Virus record (IMG/VR): IMGVR_UViG_3300036940_000232
DNA from: a virus
Length of the DNA: 64,000 nucleotides
Direction: 5' to 3' (one strand)
Shown here in pieces: positions 19,322 to 29,499 of this stretch; the first letter of the stretch is position 1; every line of letters starts with the position of its first letter. A program made the position numbers and the translations under genes. The notes under the pieces were generated by a model, which was not told where the DNA came from, ran no database searches, and saw only the letters and a program-made list of their open reading frames with translations.

Positions 19322-20728
19322 TTATTGTGATTTGCTCATAAAGTCAATAAATGCTTTAGTAGCGTCTCTGCCAGTTAACTCTTTCTTTGCTACTTCAATT
19401 GTCTCTTCGACGTCTGGAGCTGAAAGTTCAACTGTAGATTCTTTCTTTACGGATTTGCGCTTTGCACCAACTGTTGGAGTCTTAAGTCTCTCAACTGTCT
19501 CGATGTATGCACCGAGTTGTGCTATTCCCATATCAGCCAGGAATTCCTGATCTGCATTTGGATCTGCTGACATTGCTACTCCTAAGAGTCTGTCATGCTC
19601 CGCGTTAATCATTGTTTCGTTCTCTGCCTTAAGTACAGATACTTCAGCGCTTAATGCGGCCTTCTCAACCTGTAATGCTTCAATCTTTGCATTTGCGTCG
19701 TCAATAAGACCCTTAAGCTCAGCGATTGCGTCGTCGTGGCTTGAAGCTTCGACTTCTACTTCTTCAACTGTCTCTGCTGATGCTTCAACTTCAACTTCCT
19801 CTGCAACCTCTTCTACAACTTCTTCTGTAGATGCTTCGACCTCTGTCTCCTCGACTTCTACTTCCTCAGTAGATGCCTCAACTTCTTCGACCTCTTCAGT
19901 TACTTCCTCTGTTGATGCTTCGACTTCAACGTCTTCAACAATCTCTTCTGATGCAGCCTCAACCTCTTCAACGGTTTCCTCTACAACTTCCTCAGTAGAT
20001 GCTTCGATTTCTACTTCAACTTCGACTTCTGCTACCTCTGATGATGCTGCGATTTCTGTAACCTCAGGCTCTTCGGTAACTTCAATATTCTCTTTTGTGC
20101 TCATTTCTGTTTCACCCTTTTCAAATAAAGAATTCCACTCCTCTTGAGCCTTCCTGAAAGATTCGATAGCTGCAACAAACTTCTGGCATGCATCGTATTT
20201 CTCTGCATCATCGCTGTATTGTTCGCAATCAACTTCAGGGTTCTCAATTATATTCTCGGACATGCTAGTTTCTCCTTCTTTGAAATCCTTGTCAAGCATG
20301 CAAGTCCTGCAAGCAGGGTTACGTACTAAACTGATTTCCTTTGGAGAAAAGATTTCTGTAGCAACACGTCTAACTACATCAAGTCTTACAAGTGCGCCAA
20401 TACTTAATCCACGCTTCTCGCCTGACTTAACAGCTTCAATTGACGCTGGGTGTCTTAATACACCTTTAGTAACCATGAACCCAAGTTCTGTTTCGGCAGT
20501 ACTTAATATAGTACCGACAGTACCAAGTTTATGTTCACATAAAATGTCAACACCTTCAAATGCTTTAGCAGCGGCACGTATTACCTCTCTTGGGTAGAAA
20601 GCTATATTGCCGTTTGCGTCTGTCCAGACACCTTCTTCTAATGCTGCACCTGAGAAATATAAAAGGCCGTCTTTCTCCTCATATGAAGAGAACTGAATTC
20701 CCATTATTATTTCATCATTTGATGTCAT
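19322..20728 (-). CDS. Prohead protease fused to acidic scaffold
   Basis: N-terminal HK97-like protease (EH, GLSIG, EISLV..PA) followed by Glu-rich repeats. Confidence 0.85.
   Translation of the reverse strand: MTSNDEIIMGIQFSSYEEKDGLLYFSGAALEEGVWTDANGNIAFYPREVIRAAAKAFEGVDILCEHKLGTVGTILSTAETELGFMVTKGVLRHPASIEAVKSGEKRGLSIGALVRLDVVRRVATEIFSPKEISLVRNPACRTCMLDKDFKEGETSMSENIIENPEVDCEQYSDDAEKYDACQKFVAAIESFRKAQEEWNSLFEKGETEMSTKENIEVTEEPEVTEIAASSEVAEVEVEVEIEASTEEVVEETVEEVEAASEEIVEDVEVEASTEEVTEEVEEVEASTEEVEVEETEVEASTEEVVEEVAEEVEVEASAETVEEVEVEASSHDDAIAELKGLIDDANAKIEALQVEKAALSAEVSVLKAENETMINAEHDRLLGVAMSADPNADQEFLADMGIAQLGAYIETVERLKTPTVGAKRKSVKKESTVELSAPDVEETIEVAKKELTGRDATKAFIDFMSKSQ
19730..20080 (-). 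repeat. Tandem EVEA(S/A)xEEV peptide repeats in the scaffold
   Basis: About 7-8 imperfect copies in the translation. Confidence 0.85.
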
Positions 20729-20818
20729 ATTAATACCCTTATTCTATGTAAGGACGTTGGTCTAGTGAAAGACGAATTCCTCGTCTATAAATTGGATTTG
20801 CCATGGGCATCCTCTCTA

Positions 20819-20866
20819 CTATATATATCTTGTGCTATGTAACCTATAGTATATAAATCTTTCGGT
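20819..20866 (-). promoter_or_regulatory. Late-type archaeal promoter
   Basis: CCGAAAGA-TTTATATA-CTA followed by ATATATATAG; upstream of the protease gene. Confidence 0.75.
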
Positions 20867-20923
20867 GATTGGAGCACATATTTGCCCCAAATCCGAAATA
20901 AATCGATATATTGAGGTGCGCGA

Positions 20924-21166
20924 CTAATAATCTTCCTTTTTAGTTTCGTATAATCGTTTAATGTAAAATGCTTGTATTTCTACACTCTGGCGTGTTTTGA
21001 ATCTATCCTTTGGCAGCAAACAAAATACTGCGACATATGATCCGCCCTCCAAAGGTTGTCCTACCGTCACCTGAAATCCGTCAACTTGTACAGCTTTAAA
21101 ATTGGTGAGAGAAGAGTAATCCATTAAGGATACTCTCCAAAAGTTAGGTAGTTCAGTAATCTTCAT
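20924..21166 (-). CDS. Hypothetical protein
   Basis: Coupled to the portal stop with a GAGG RBS. Confidence 0.5.
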   Translation of the reverse strand: MKITELPNFWRVSLMDYSSLTNFKAVQVDGFQVTVGQPLEGGSYVAVFCLLPKDRFKTRQSVEIQAFYIKRLYETKKEDY

Positions 21167-21168
21167 TC

Positions 21169-22443
21169 TTATTCCTCAAATATTTCTGATGGGAAAACTT
21201 CTGATTGGATAAGTGCATTCTTTGCAATCTCTGGTGTGAATACATCTGACTGCGTTGCAAATCCAATGTTATTAAGTAATGTGCTCTTGCTTAATGGTTC
21301 TGGGTCATTGAACTTCATTGTGACCTTTCCTTCACAGAATGTTGGGAAAATTTGCTTCTCAAATACATCTGCTACAATCTTCTGCTTTACCTTCAAACTC
21401 TGCAGCCACTCATTATATCTTGGTTCGAAATCATCAATACGGAATGTAGCTGTCGCACTGACAAGTTCAATAGGCATACTATATGCTGCAGCGATTTCTG
21501 CTATGTTTGGTTCAAGATAAGAAGCCACATTGATTGACGATGTTGCATTACCAAGGGACTTGATATTATATCTCTCAGATGTTACATATGCAGATTCAGA
21601 TGTAAAGTTCTGGCTAAGTTCGTCAGAGACAAGAAGAATATCATCTGCAGAGGCACCGTCAATAGATACATGCATTACGTTAAGTGAACGTGAGAATGCT
21701 TCCGCGCTGGTACTTCTAATAAGACCTGCTTGTGTAGCTGGCTGCATTGCTGCTTGAATTGAAGAGATACCTACATCTGAACCGCCAAGGCTCAGGAACT
21801 TAAGCATACCAATTTCATTTGCATCCCACTTAGCAACTTCTTCACTTCCTCTTGTCTGAACATATCCTACAAGGAATCCATCCTTATCATACATAATGTT
21901 ATTTTCTGAGTCTCTCTGGAAATCCATTTCTGCTGGAGGAATCTCTGCAAGACATAATCCATCCGGCCCGTCAAATGGCTCAAGATATGATGCACCATAG
22001 ACATAAGCATCTAGTACAAAGTTGTGCAGTAATGTATCAAAAGAGACATTCTCCATTAACTGATCGATTGCTTTCTGGTCGCTTGCTTTTTCCGGAGTAA
22101 TAGTATATCCGTTTCTTATAATACCATTAGTTGATTCATTGATAGCACGATGGACGTGTCCATTAACAAGATACATATATTCCTTTGTACTGTCCTTCAT
22201 CAGATTTACAGTACCTGTAAGTTTTCCTGCTGAATCTGACTTCTTCTTTCCGGCGCCTTTAATCTGACCGGCTAATGAAACTACTGCTTCTTTTATTCTA
22301 GCAAATGTTGGTTCGGAAGTCTCAACTGCCTCTGGAGTTAAAAGTTCTACCTCCTTTGGTTTAGGCGCTGCGAGCCTTGATAACTTCTTTGGTTCCACTT
22401 TGTGTGAGCTGCTTCCTGCTGAAATACCTTTTCTACCTTTCAT
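21169..22443 (-). CDS. Portal protein
   Basis: 424 aa between terminase and protease; L...V..AYVYG..Y and G.S..SD.GIS patterns. Confidence 0.85.
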   Translation of the reverse strand: MKGRKGISAGSSSHKVEPKKLSRLAAPKPKEVELLTPEAVETSEPTFARIKEAVVSLAGQIKGAGKKKSDSAGKLTGTVNLMKDSTKEYMYLVNGHVHRAINESTNGIIRNGYTITPEKASDQKAIDQLMENVSFDTLLHNFVLDAYVYGASYLEPFDGPDGLCLAEIPPAEMDFQRDSENNIMYDKDGFLVGYVQTRGSEEVAKWDANEIGMLKFLSLGGSDVGISSIQAAMQPATQAGLIRSTSAEAFSRSLNVMHVSIDGASADDILLVSDELSQNFTSESAYVTSERYNIKSLGNATSSINVASYLEPNIAEIAAAYSMPIELVSATATFRIDDFEPRYNEWLQSLKVKQKIVADVFEKQIFPTFCEGKVTMKFNDPEPLSKSTLLNNIGFATQSDVFTPEIAKNALIQSEVFPSEIFEE

Positions 22444-22454
22444 TTAATCTCTCC

Positions 22455-23858
22455 TTAAACTAATGCGATTCTATTACGGCGTGATGTATAATGTCCATTA
22501 CGTTCTTCGAATCCTACCTTCTTTCTCTTCGTCGCTATTGCGATAGCACCAGCACCAAACGATACACCTGCAGCCTCTATTGCAAGGGCTATACTCATAG
22601 GAATATCATCGTGTCCATTACCGGCCGCTTTAATCTGCATGTAATGTGTATCTGGATTCTCCTTATATATTAGTGAAGCCAGTTCTCTAAGTACATCATC
22701 ATCTGCTGGCAGACTAAGTTGTCTCTTGTTCATAACAGTAGACATCTTTGTCATAAGTGCTGGCTTTGTCTTTCTATTGAAGTTAAAAGCTTCAACACGA
22801 TACTTAGGATATAAACTCCTAATTTCTCTGATGACACCTTTTCCAGCATTTCCGTCGTCCACCAAAATCTTTGTTGGATTGAAACGTGATGCTTGATCTC
22901 CTACCTTAAATGCAATTTCATCTTCAGTACAATTTGTATATCTCTGAATTTCTACTACAACCATATTCTCTGGGTCTGTATAATCCAGTACTGTCGAAAC
23001 GGTAAAGTCACGAACCATACCGACGTCAAGCCCAATGCAGTATCTGCGGTCTGGGTGACCAACTGATATTTGTTCTGCGTCAGATGCGACGGCTGCTTGA
23101 ATCGCGGCTAACTGGAAGAATGCTCCATCACTATCGGTAAACTCTGCAAGATATTCCTGCCGATACGCCGGGCTGTCTTCTCCACCATTCCTTTGGATTT
23201 CTCTTTCAAGTTCCGCTGGATCTACTAGAGGAGTGCCGTCTTCGAATACAGCATCTTTGTGAGTCATATGCATATGCACATATTCACTATCATCTTGACA
23301 TGCTCTATAGAATTCACCACTTGATAAGCCAGGTGTGCTAATGAGTACCACGGTTCCTTTACAACTTGTGATTGTAGGATACAGTACGTGGAAGAGTTCT
23401 TCTGGTACGAAAGCAGCTTCATCAATTAATACTAGATTGATTGTGAAACCTCTCAGTGCATCCGGATTGCTCCCAGGGAGGGATTGAATCTTTGAGCCGT
23501 TAGTGAACTCAAGCTGTGTCTGTGTTGACCGTGTAATTGATCCTGCGAGCTTTGAACCATTGATAAGTCCGGAAATAGTTTCGAACATCAATGAACTCTG
23601 ACGTTGTGATTTTGATATACAAACAATTCTGGAATTTGGATGTGTGGCTGCATACCAAGCTGCGTATGCAGAGAACACAAATGATTTTCCAAAACGACGG
23701 GCCGCCCTAATAGCTAAGAATCTCGCCCTTGATTGAAGGATCTTTTTCTGTCCTTCATGTAATGTGATGCCAAGAATTATCTCGGCAAACTTCACTGGGT
23801 CATCTCTTAAATCTTTAAGCTTGATCGATCCAGTGGTTTGTTGTTCCTGTGTTTCCAT
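22455..23858 (-). CDS. terL: Terminase large subunit
   Basis: RRFGKS Walker A, LRG..INLVLIDEAA Walker B, ISTP, GLDVG...D nuclease and HDD.P.S.AL. Confidence 0.95.
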   Translation of the reverse strand: METQEQQTTGSIKLKDLRDDPVKFAEIILGITLHEGQKKILQSRARFLAIRAARRFGKSFVFSAYAAWYAATHPNSRIVCISKSQRQSSLMFETISGLINGSKLAGSITRSTQTQLEFTNGSKIQSLPGSNPDALRGFTINLVLIDEAAFVPEELFHVLYPTITSCKGTVVLISTPGLSSGEFYRACQDDSEYVHMHMTHKDAVFEDGTPLVDPAELEREIQRNGGEDSPAYRQEYLAEFTDSDGAFFQLAAIQAAVASDAEQISVGHPDRRYCIGLDVGMVRDFTVSTVLDYTDPENMVVVEIQRYTNCTEDEIAFKVGDQASRFNPTKILVDDGNAGKGVIREIRSLYPKYRVEAFNFNRKTKPALMTKMSTVMNKRQLSLPADDDVLRELASLIYKENPDTHYMQIKAAGNGHDDIPMSIALAIEAAGVSFGAGAIAIATKRKKVGFEERNGHYTSRRNRIALV

Positions 23859-24594
23859 GTGTAACAGTTCCTTCTGTAATTATCATATCATTGGTATATG
23901 AGTCAGGTAATGCATAATCAATACCTGTAACATATTCAATGCCATTTGTATTAGGTACATTAAGGATACTGCGATCGACGATATAGTTATCGTATTCAGC
24001 CCATTCAATATCATAATTCCCATTAGTACGAAGTACTAAATCATTCTCCGGAATAATAACTGTATGTGGATCGTCCATAGCTACAAACTCTACGTCCATT
24101 CTCAATGTGAATCGTCTAAAGTCATCTCTAGCTGAATAGCGAATACCCCATGAGCCATATGCAAATGTTTTCTTTCTACCGAAAATCATACTATCACCAT
24201 ACATCGGTGCCTCGTCATTGATTGCTATATCCTGAACTGAATTCTCATTAGCAGCCATGATAATAGACTCATTTATTAATATGATTCTATCTCGGTCTGC
24301 AAAGTCAACAAACTCATCTGGAATTCCCTCACGTATAAATCTAAGTATATTGTGGGTATGCATCATCTTAAACCCTTTGACACCTACTATTGTGCCAGGT
24401 ACCTTCATCGCATGATACAATGCCGCCATCTTTCCTAATGTCGTCTTGCCCGACTGTCTTATATTAGTATATGCAAGTAAGGGGGTTGTCCCTTTAATAA
24501 ACTCATCAAGCATACGAGCCTGATCACTAGGAATATCCAATCCAAATGTTTTAGCGAACTTCTGAGTTTCGCTGACTAAGCAATTCTTTACCAT
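23815..24594 (-). CDS. Truncated terminase-ATPase paralog without nuclease domain
   Basis: RQSGKT Walker A and IAINDEA Walker-B-like motif; GGAGG RBS before ATG 24594. Confidence 0.6.
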   Translation of the reverse strand: MVKNCLVSETQKFAKTFGLDIPSDQARMLDEFIKGTTPLLAYTNIRQSGKTTLGKMAALYHAMKVPGTIVGVKGFKMMHTHNILRFIREGIPDEFVDFADRDRIILINESIIMAANENSVQDIAINDEAPMYGDSMIFGRKKTFAYGSWGIRYSARDDFRRFTLRMDVEFVAMDDPHTVIIPENDLVLRTNGNYDIEWAEYDNYIVDRSILNVPNTNGIEYVTGIDYALPDSYTNDMIITEGTVTHGNTGTTNHWIDQA

Positions 24595-24595
24595 T

Positions 24596-24904
24596 TTAAT
24601 CCTCCAAATAAATTTCAACGCGAGCTATAGATTTCTGTATATCTGCGTTTGCTGCAATCCAAGCCACATCATAGAGAGGGCTATCTGATTCAGCGGTGAC
24701 GACATGAAGTGATTGTTTGCCGCCATTAAATGTTATTGTATTATGTAGACAGCATGCCTTGTCATGAACAAGTTCTCCTATACTATCTATGATTATCTTC
24801 TGTTCGAATAGGTCAGGAACTACCAGGGCCGTGTTAGCGCCTGGGTTCATACCTCTTACTTGATTCAATATATCTATTAGCATGTCAGTCCTCCTGCTCA
24901 TCAT
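24596..24904 (-). CDS. Hypothetical protein, possibly a degenerate terminase-ATPase fragment
   Basis: ITFNGG..S.HVVTA...YDVAWI loosely echoes the F.NGS.I...D...I segment of TerL. Confidence 0.35.
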   Translation of the reverse strand: MMSRRTDMLIDILNQVRGMNPGANTALVVPDLFEQKIIIDSIGELVHDKACCLHNTITFNGGKQSLHVVTAESDSPLYDVAWIAANADIQKSIARVEIYLED

Positions 24905-25820
24905 GTGAAGAAGGCAGTGCTATTGTAATTTCGCCATCAGTATCTCCGCTTAGGAGAGCCGCTATGTCATTAACATTGGCCAGGCTGCCTGCATTTTCTT
25001 GAGACATACGCGCCTGCCTAGTTACATTTAGACTCTTAAGCCAGTTAAGTAACTTAGTGTCTAATTTATCAACTACGCTGCCGGCGCTGTTAGGCTCGAA
25101 CCAGGTCTCAATTGAGCCGTCGGGCGCTCCTCTGCGACGCTCGACAATTTCGCCGTTTTTGGCCACAAGCTTCTCAGCCCGTTTGAGCCGCAGCATTGCC
25201 ATAGCAAGTCTGTTTAGAACTATCATGTCGGCGGCGCCGTCAAGTTCGTAGCTAGTAGATATATATTCGGTTATTTGATCGTATAATTCTTTTTCAAGAT
25301 AGCAACGACTTTCGCCGTCATCGTCAAAATACATGTTCTGGTAATTGCAACTATCTTTAAACATGTTGCAAGGACAATATAGTATTTGGTTGAATGAGCT
25401 GCCGTTTGTTATTGTAGCGCGCAGCCTCGCCGCCCTATGAGCTGGAGATTGTGTGAATCCTCCGCCATGGCGGGCACAGGTCATATAGCCCGGCACTGCT
25501 ATTTCTTGGCAACGCACTGGTTCAATATCCAGCCCGCCGCATTCGGGACATTCGAGTAGGTGTGTTCCTACTTGATGACTATAGTGAGTTTCGCAGGATG
25601 TGCAAACATATCCACCGCATGCAGCACACTGCCTAGCGGCCTCATCCGTCTTATTATCTTGGTGAAGTATCAATCCTTCGTGTATCCACTCTGGTTGATT
25701 ACCTATTTCCTCAGCCTCTTCAGCGAACATGGCTTTCGACACCTTCCCTACATTATGGCTTGACGGTTTACGTCGGTCGATATGATTGTCACCACCGCTT
25801 CCTCCGTTTGGAAGTGACAT
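24885..25820 (-). CDS. Putative terminase small subunit with Zn-binding motifs
   Basis: Several CxxC and a C..HGG motif; first gene of the late arm. Confidence 0.55.
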   Translation of the reverse strand: MSLPNGGSGGDNHIDRRKPSSHNVGKVSKAMFAEEAEEIGNQPEWIHEGLILHQDNKTDEAARQCAACGGYVCTSCETHYSHQVGTHLLECPECGGLDIEPVRCQEIAVPGYMTCARHGGGFTQSPAHRAARLRATITNGSSFNQILYCPCNMFKDSCNYQNMYFDDDGESRCYLEKELYDQITEYISTSYELDGAADMIVLNRLAMAMLRLKRAEKLVAKNGEIVERRRGAPDGSIETWFEPNSAGSVVDKLDTKLLNWLKSLNVTRQARMSQENAGSLANVNDIAALLSGDTDGEITIALPSSHDEQED

Positions 25821-25837
25821 AATTTTTTACCTCTGGT

Positions 25838-25884
25838 ATATATATGTGCCGGTATGTCAGTTATAGTATATAAAGGTTTCGGAA
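25838..25884 (-). promoter_or_regulatory. Late-arm main promoter
   Basis: CCGAAACC-TTTATATA (BRE-TATA), ATATATA near the expected start site, GAGG RBS. Confidence 0.75.
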
Positions 25885-26113
25885 GTTACGGCAAAATGTG
25901 TGTAACAACTACGACAGCCTAAATTTTTTCTGTGTAAATATATTTAGACAGAGGGGGTTGCAAAGATTTTTAGACTGTTTGATTCCCTTAAAAATTTTTA
26001 AATGTTTATTTCTGGAGACAATTTTTTTTAACAGTTACCTCATATATTGACTTTACAAAGTGGAACGATAGGTTTATATACTATCCTGATATACTATAAG
26101 GTAGTGATTTAAC

Positions 26114-26512
26114 ATGGTAAAAATTGAAACAGTGACTTTGAAAGGAAATAACGATTATCAAACAGACATAAAAACGCTATCAGTCGAAGCTAATATGAAA
26201 CAGTCTAGAATTGTTTGCAAACATTGTAACAGATATGTTAAGCCAATTCGTGACCAGTCAATACAGCGTGAAGATTTTTCAGAAGATGAATGGGAAAAGA
26301 TTAAAGATACCATAGACTTTGAAATAACATGTTCAAAGTGTGGAAATACCGAATACGTGCAATACATTGGCATGAAGCATATTAACCAGAATACAGAACA
26401 TTATAAAGTTATTTGGGCATTTGCAGAACATAGACCAAACGATGTAACTATCGAAACTTTTGAAGAAGCTACTGGACTGACTCATTCTAGTAAGTTCCCA
26501 ATTATAGCTTAA
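26114..26512 (+). CDS. Early hypothetical protein with CxxC...CxxC Zn ribbon
   Basis: Own promoter and poly-T terminator. Confidence 0.7.
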   Translation: MVKIETVTLKGNNDYQTDIKTLSVEANMKQSRIVCKHCNRYVKPIRDQSIQREDFSEDEWEKIKDTIDFEITCSKCGNTEYVQYIGMKHINQNTEHYKVIWAFAEHRPNDVTIETFEEATGLTHSSKFPIIA

Positions 26513-26660
26513 TTTTTTTTTGAATGTCTAACTGTATAAACTTTCCTGGCCAGTTTGATCCGTGGGCAGTCTAAAATTTTGTGTTACGATAAGTATATAT
26601 ACCTTTAAAGCCTACTAGTGTATGCCCAATGAGGCACTACAACAAAAGGATTGATTTAAA

Positions 26661-26963
26661 ATGTACGATGAAAATGCAAAAAATGGATTTACCTTTGAGA
26701 CACTGAACACCAACTTTAAAGCTGATAAAGTTGAAGAATCAAAAGACGTTCCTAACTATGCAGTAGTAGATGATGTTGAGTATGCCGACTGCTACGGAAT
26801 TAGACCATGTGACGTCGAAAACCACATTGCAGTAAGGTATCAAGCAAGCATTAGAGGTATGGCAGTAAAAGTCTATTGTCAAAAAACTCTTAGCCAGTGT
26901 GACTCTGTTGCAGCAATGGAACATGTACAATTTATTAAGGAAGTCTTCGGACTGACTCTTTAA
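26661..26963 (+). CDS. Early hypothetical protein
   Basis: Cassette context. Confidence 0.7.
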   Translation: MYDENAKNGFTFETLNTNFKADKVEESKDVPNYAVVDDVEYADCYGIRPCDVENHIAVRYQASIRGMAVKVYCQKTLSQCDSVAAMEHVQFIKEVFGLTL

Positions 26964-27200
26964 TTTTTTTTTGGCTTATCTAACTGTATAAACTTTCCTG
27001 GCCCGTTCCTGTTTTTATGTTCTTATTATCCTTACTGTAATTTAGCTTTAAAGCACCCATATATCCATTTTAAGCGTATTATATGCTATTATCGTATAAC
27101 TGTAAGTATTGAACTATGAAGTGCTTAAAACATTCATTATACAATTTTTTAGATTGTCTACCGTTATCTATATATACTATACAGTCCTTTACTGTATTGT

Positions 27201-27350
27201 ATGACTACTAATAACTACTATGAACCTAAACAAAAATTGTTTAGGACTATGGACTCTGTAAAGGAATTAATCAATGATGGTCAATTGACTGCCGCAAAAA
27301 ATTTGTTAGCTTCATGTATTTTGTTAGCGGAGGACATTGAGCCTTTGTAA
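27201..27350 (+). CDS. Early small protein (49 aa; not in ORF track)
   Basis: MTTNNYYEPK...EPL, lying between a TATA box and a poly-T tract. Confidence 0.6.
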   Translation: MTTNNYYEPKQKLFRTMDSVKELINDGQLTAAKNLLASCILLAEDIEPL

Positions 27351-27429
27351 ATTTTTTTGACTGTATGAGTATATAAAGTTATCGCTCGACCATTAAGTTT
27401 ATATACTATACATGCATTTACTGTAATGT

Positions 27430-27621
27430 ATGTTATCAACTAAAACACCTTACAGAACATTTAATAACGAGAATGGAAGTATAGCAATTTTTAGTTTTCT
27501 TAACTATGACGTAGTATCGTGGAAACTTAGACATGAGGATACATATCACATAGTAAAATCAAGACAATATCGAACTGTTAATGCTTTATTTAATTTAATT
27601 AAAGAGCGATTAACTCAATAA
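27430..27621 (+). CDS. Early hypothetical protein
   Basis: Cassette context. Confidence 0.65.
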   Translation: MLSTKTPYRTFNNENGSIAIFSFLNYDVVSWKLRHEDTYHIVKSRQYRTVNALFNLIKERLTQ

Positions 27622-27679
27622 TTTTTTTTTGACTGTCCAACTGTCTAAATTTTTGTCGGCCAGGGCCAGGAATTTTAGA

Positions 27680-27799
27680 CTGTTTGTAGTATCTTTTAGG
27701 GAAACTGTCTAAAGTTTTTTTCGGAGTGGTGAAGTATCTTTTAGGTAGAACTTCCTAAATTAATTGGGATTTTTGATATGCAGATTGCAGTATCTTTTA
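27680..27799 (+). repeat. 120-bp direct repeat, copy 1 (iteron-like GTATCTTTTAGG units)
   Basis: Identical to 29630-29748 except for one T in a T run. Confidence 0.9.
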
Positions 27800-28015
27800 A
27801 GGATTGACTGTTGAAATTTTTTGACTCTTTATATTAATGGCAAATTTATTTCTAAAGTTCAAAGGAATATAAGGTAATCTTGAATTTGTCATGATTAATC
27901 ATTTATTACCAATTATGTATCCGACAGGTTTATATACCATGCTGTATATAGTAAGGTTTGCTTCAATATGAGTTGAAGCACGACAACATTTAAAAATTTA
28001 GGATGTGAATAAGCA

Positions 28016-28609
28016 ATGACTACAATAACAGTAAGAACACCAGTAAAGACCGATGAAACTATATATCCAACTATGGCAACCGATTCCGATTTTGCCATTC
28101 TTGTAGAGCATGGTAACAGATACGATGAAAGCGTAAATAAAGCACTTGCAGATAAGAGACTTAAAACTGCAAAAACAAACCTACTGCATCGTATTCCTGA
28201 AGTGTTCGCACTCCGTGAATGTCAAAAACGTATAAGGTATTATGAAAACCAACAATCAAACCTAGATGCAGGTGAACTTCCTACAAAAATTTTGTCACAC
28301 CCAAAATCCCGTAAGGATGATTTGCTAAGAGAATACAGAGAAGGCAATCAGCTTGTACTAGATGCATTGAAGGAACAAGAGAAGAAACTTAGGAAAATTG
28401 CAGATTCAGTTCCAGAAGCCGCCGAACTGGAAATTGAAATTGCAATGCTTCAAAAATCCATAGACCAACATCGGCAAACTAGAAAAAATGTTGCAAGATA
28501 TTTGAGACAGGTACGAAACGTTGGAAAAACTGGAATCGCATACTGGAATCCAGACAGGACAAAAATGTTTTCAATGAGGATTTATCCAGAATCCTCTTCC
28601 AACAATTAA
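28016..28609 (+). CDS. Early hypothetical coiled-coil protein
   Basis: Cassette context. Confidence 0.7.
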   Translation: MTTITVRTPVKTDETIYPTMATDSDFAILVEHGNRYDESVNKALADKRLKTAKTNLLHRIPEVFALRECQKRIRYYENQQSNLDAGELPTKILSHPKSRKDDLLREYREGNQLVLDALKEQEKKLRKIADSVPEAAELEIEIAMLQKSIDQHRQTRKNVARYLRQVRNVGKTGIAYWNPDRTKMFSMRIYPESSSNN

Positions 28610-28717
28610 TTTTTTTGAGAAGTGCTCCTCCTAGCACTTCTCTTTTTTTTTGAATGTCTAACTGTATAAATTTTTGATATACGATAAGTATATATACTAT
28701 ACATACCTATTAGTAGT

Positions 28718-28960
28718 ATGGATAAATACATAAGAATGTTAGCAGGTGAAGGTATAGAACTAACAGTCATTGAAGATTTAGACTGTTGGGATGGACGTGT
28801 AATGTTAGCAAAAAGCAATACAAATAAATTTAGTGTGTTGGGTGAACAATACTTTATGGTACACTCAAAAATCTTTGACAATGAAGAACAGGCAAAAGAA
28901 TTTTATGATGAAGTTGTCGAAGCATTGGAAGGTGACATCTTCCAACTTTTTAAGGAGTGA
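28718..28960 (+). CDS. Early hypothetical protein
   Basis: Cassette context. Confidence 0.7.
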   Translation: MDKYIRMLAGEGIELTVIEDLDCWDGRVMLAKSNTNKFSVLGEQYFMVHSKIFDNEEQAKEFYDEVVEALEGDIFQLFKE

Positions 28961-29183
28961 GCAATCACTCTTTTTTTTTACTTGTCTGACTGTATAAATT
29001 TTTAGCATCTGTCCTCTGTCTTCCTTCCTGTCTGTCTTTATGTGTATGTACTGTTTATTCTGTCTGTAATCGTGTGTATGAGTATTTTATCTATGTAGTA
29101 GTATGTTTGTATCTGTCTATCTGTAAACGTCTTAAATCAGCGTTTTTGTTTAACCAACAGGTTTATATATCAATCATGCCTTT

Positions 29184-29381
29184 ATGTATGTGAGGTATAA
29201 CATTATGATTAAAAACATGGGTATAAGAATTTGTATGTGTCACTGTACAGTCGAAAGAATGTTAGTATGTAATTGCGATGTAACCATCTATGCTAAACGT
29301 GTTAGCACTCATGAAAAATTTATAAAATCTTATCATCGAACTATCGAAGGTATGAGTATGAGGTATGAATTTTCTCTTTAA
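29184..29381 (+). CDS. Early hypothetical protein
   Basis: Cassette context; true start may be the downstream ATG. Confidence 0.55.
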   Translation: MYVRYNIMIKNMGIRICMCHCTVERMLVCNCDVTIYAKRVSTHEKFIKSYHRTIEGMSMRYEFSL

Positions 29382-29499
29382 TTTTTTTTGACTGTCTAAC
29401 TGTCTAAATTTCTTTGGCCAGGGATCTTTAGGAAGTGAAGCACCGTCAGGTTTATATGCATGAACTGACCGCTAGCGTTTTTGTTCAACAGTCGGTTAT

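Larger units (their letters stand above)
26071..29425 (+). repeat. Array of 7 promoter-ORF-terminator cassettes with conserved intergenic repeats
   Basis: TATA-like TATATA boxes near 26071, 26589, 27163, 27397, 27926, 28683 and 29158; ORFs followed by T7-10 and usually TGTCTAACTGT(A/C)TAAA. Confidence 0.8.

Noticed and set aside
22455-23858. Intein in the terminase
   Set aside because: Length is normal and no C/S...HN splice motifs are present.
3763-25763. Plus-strand ORFs opposite the structural genes
   Set aside because: Antisense shadows of biased codon usage, without RBS or recognisable motifs.
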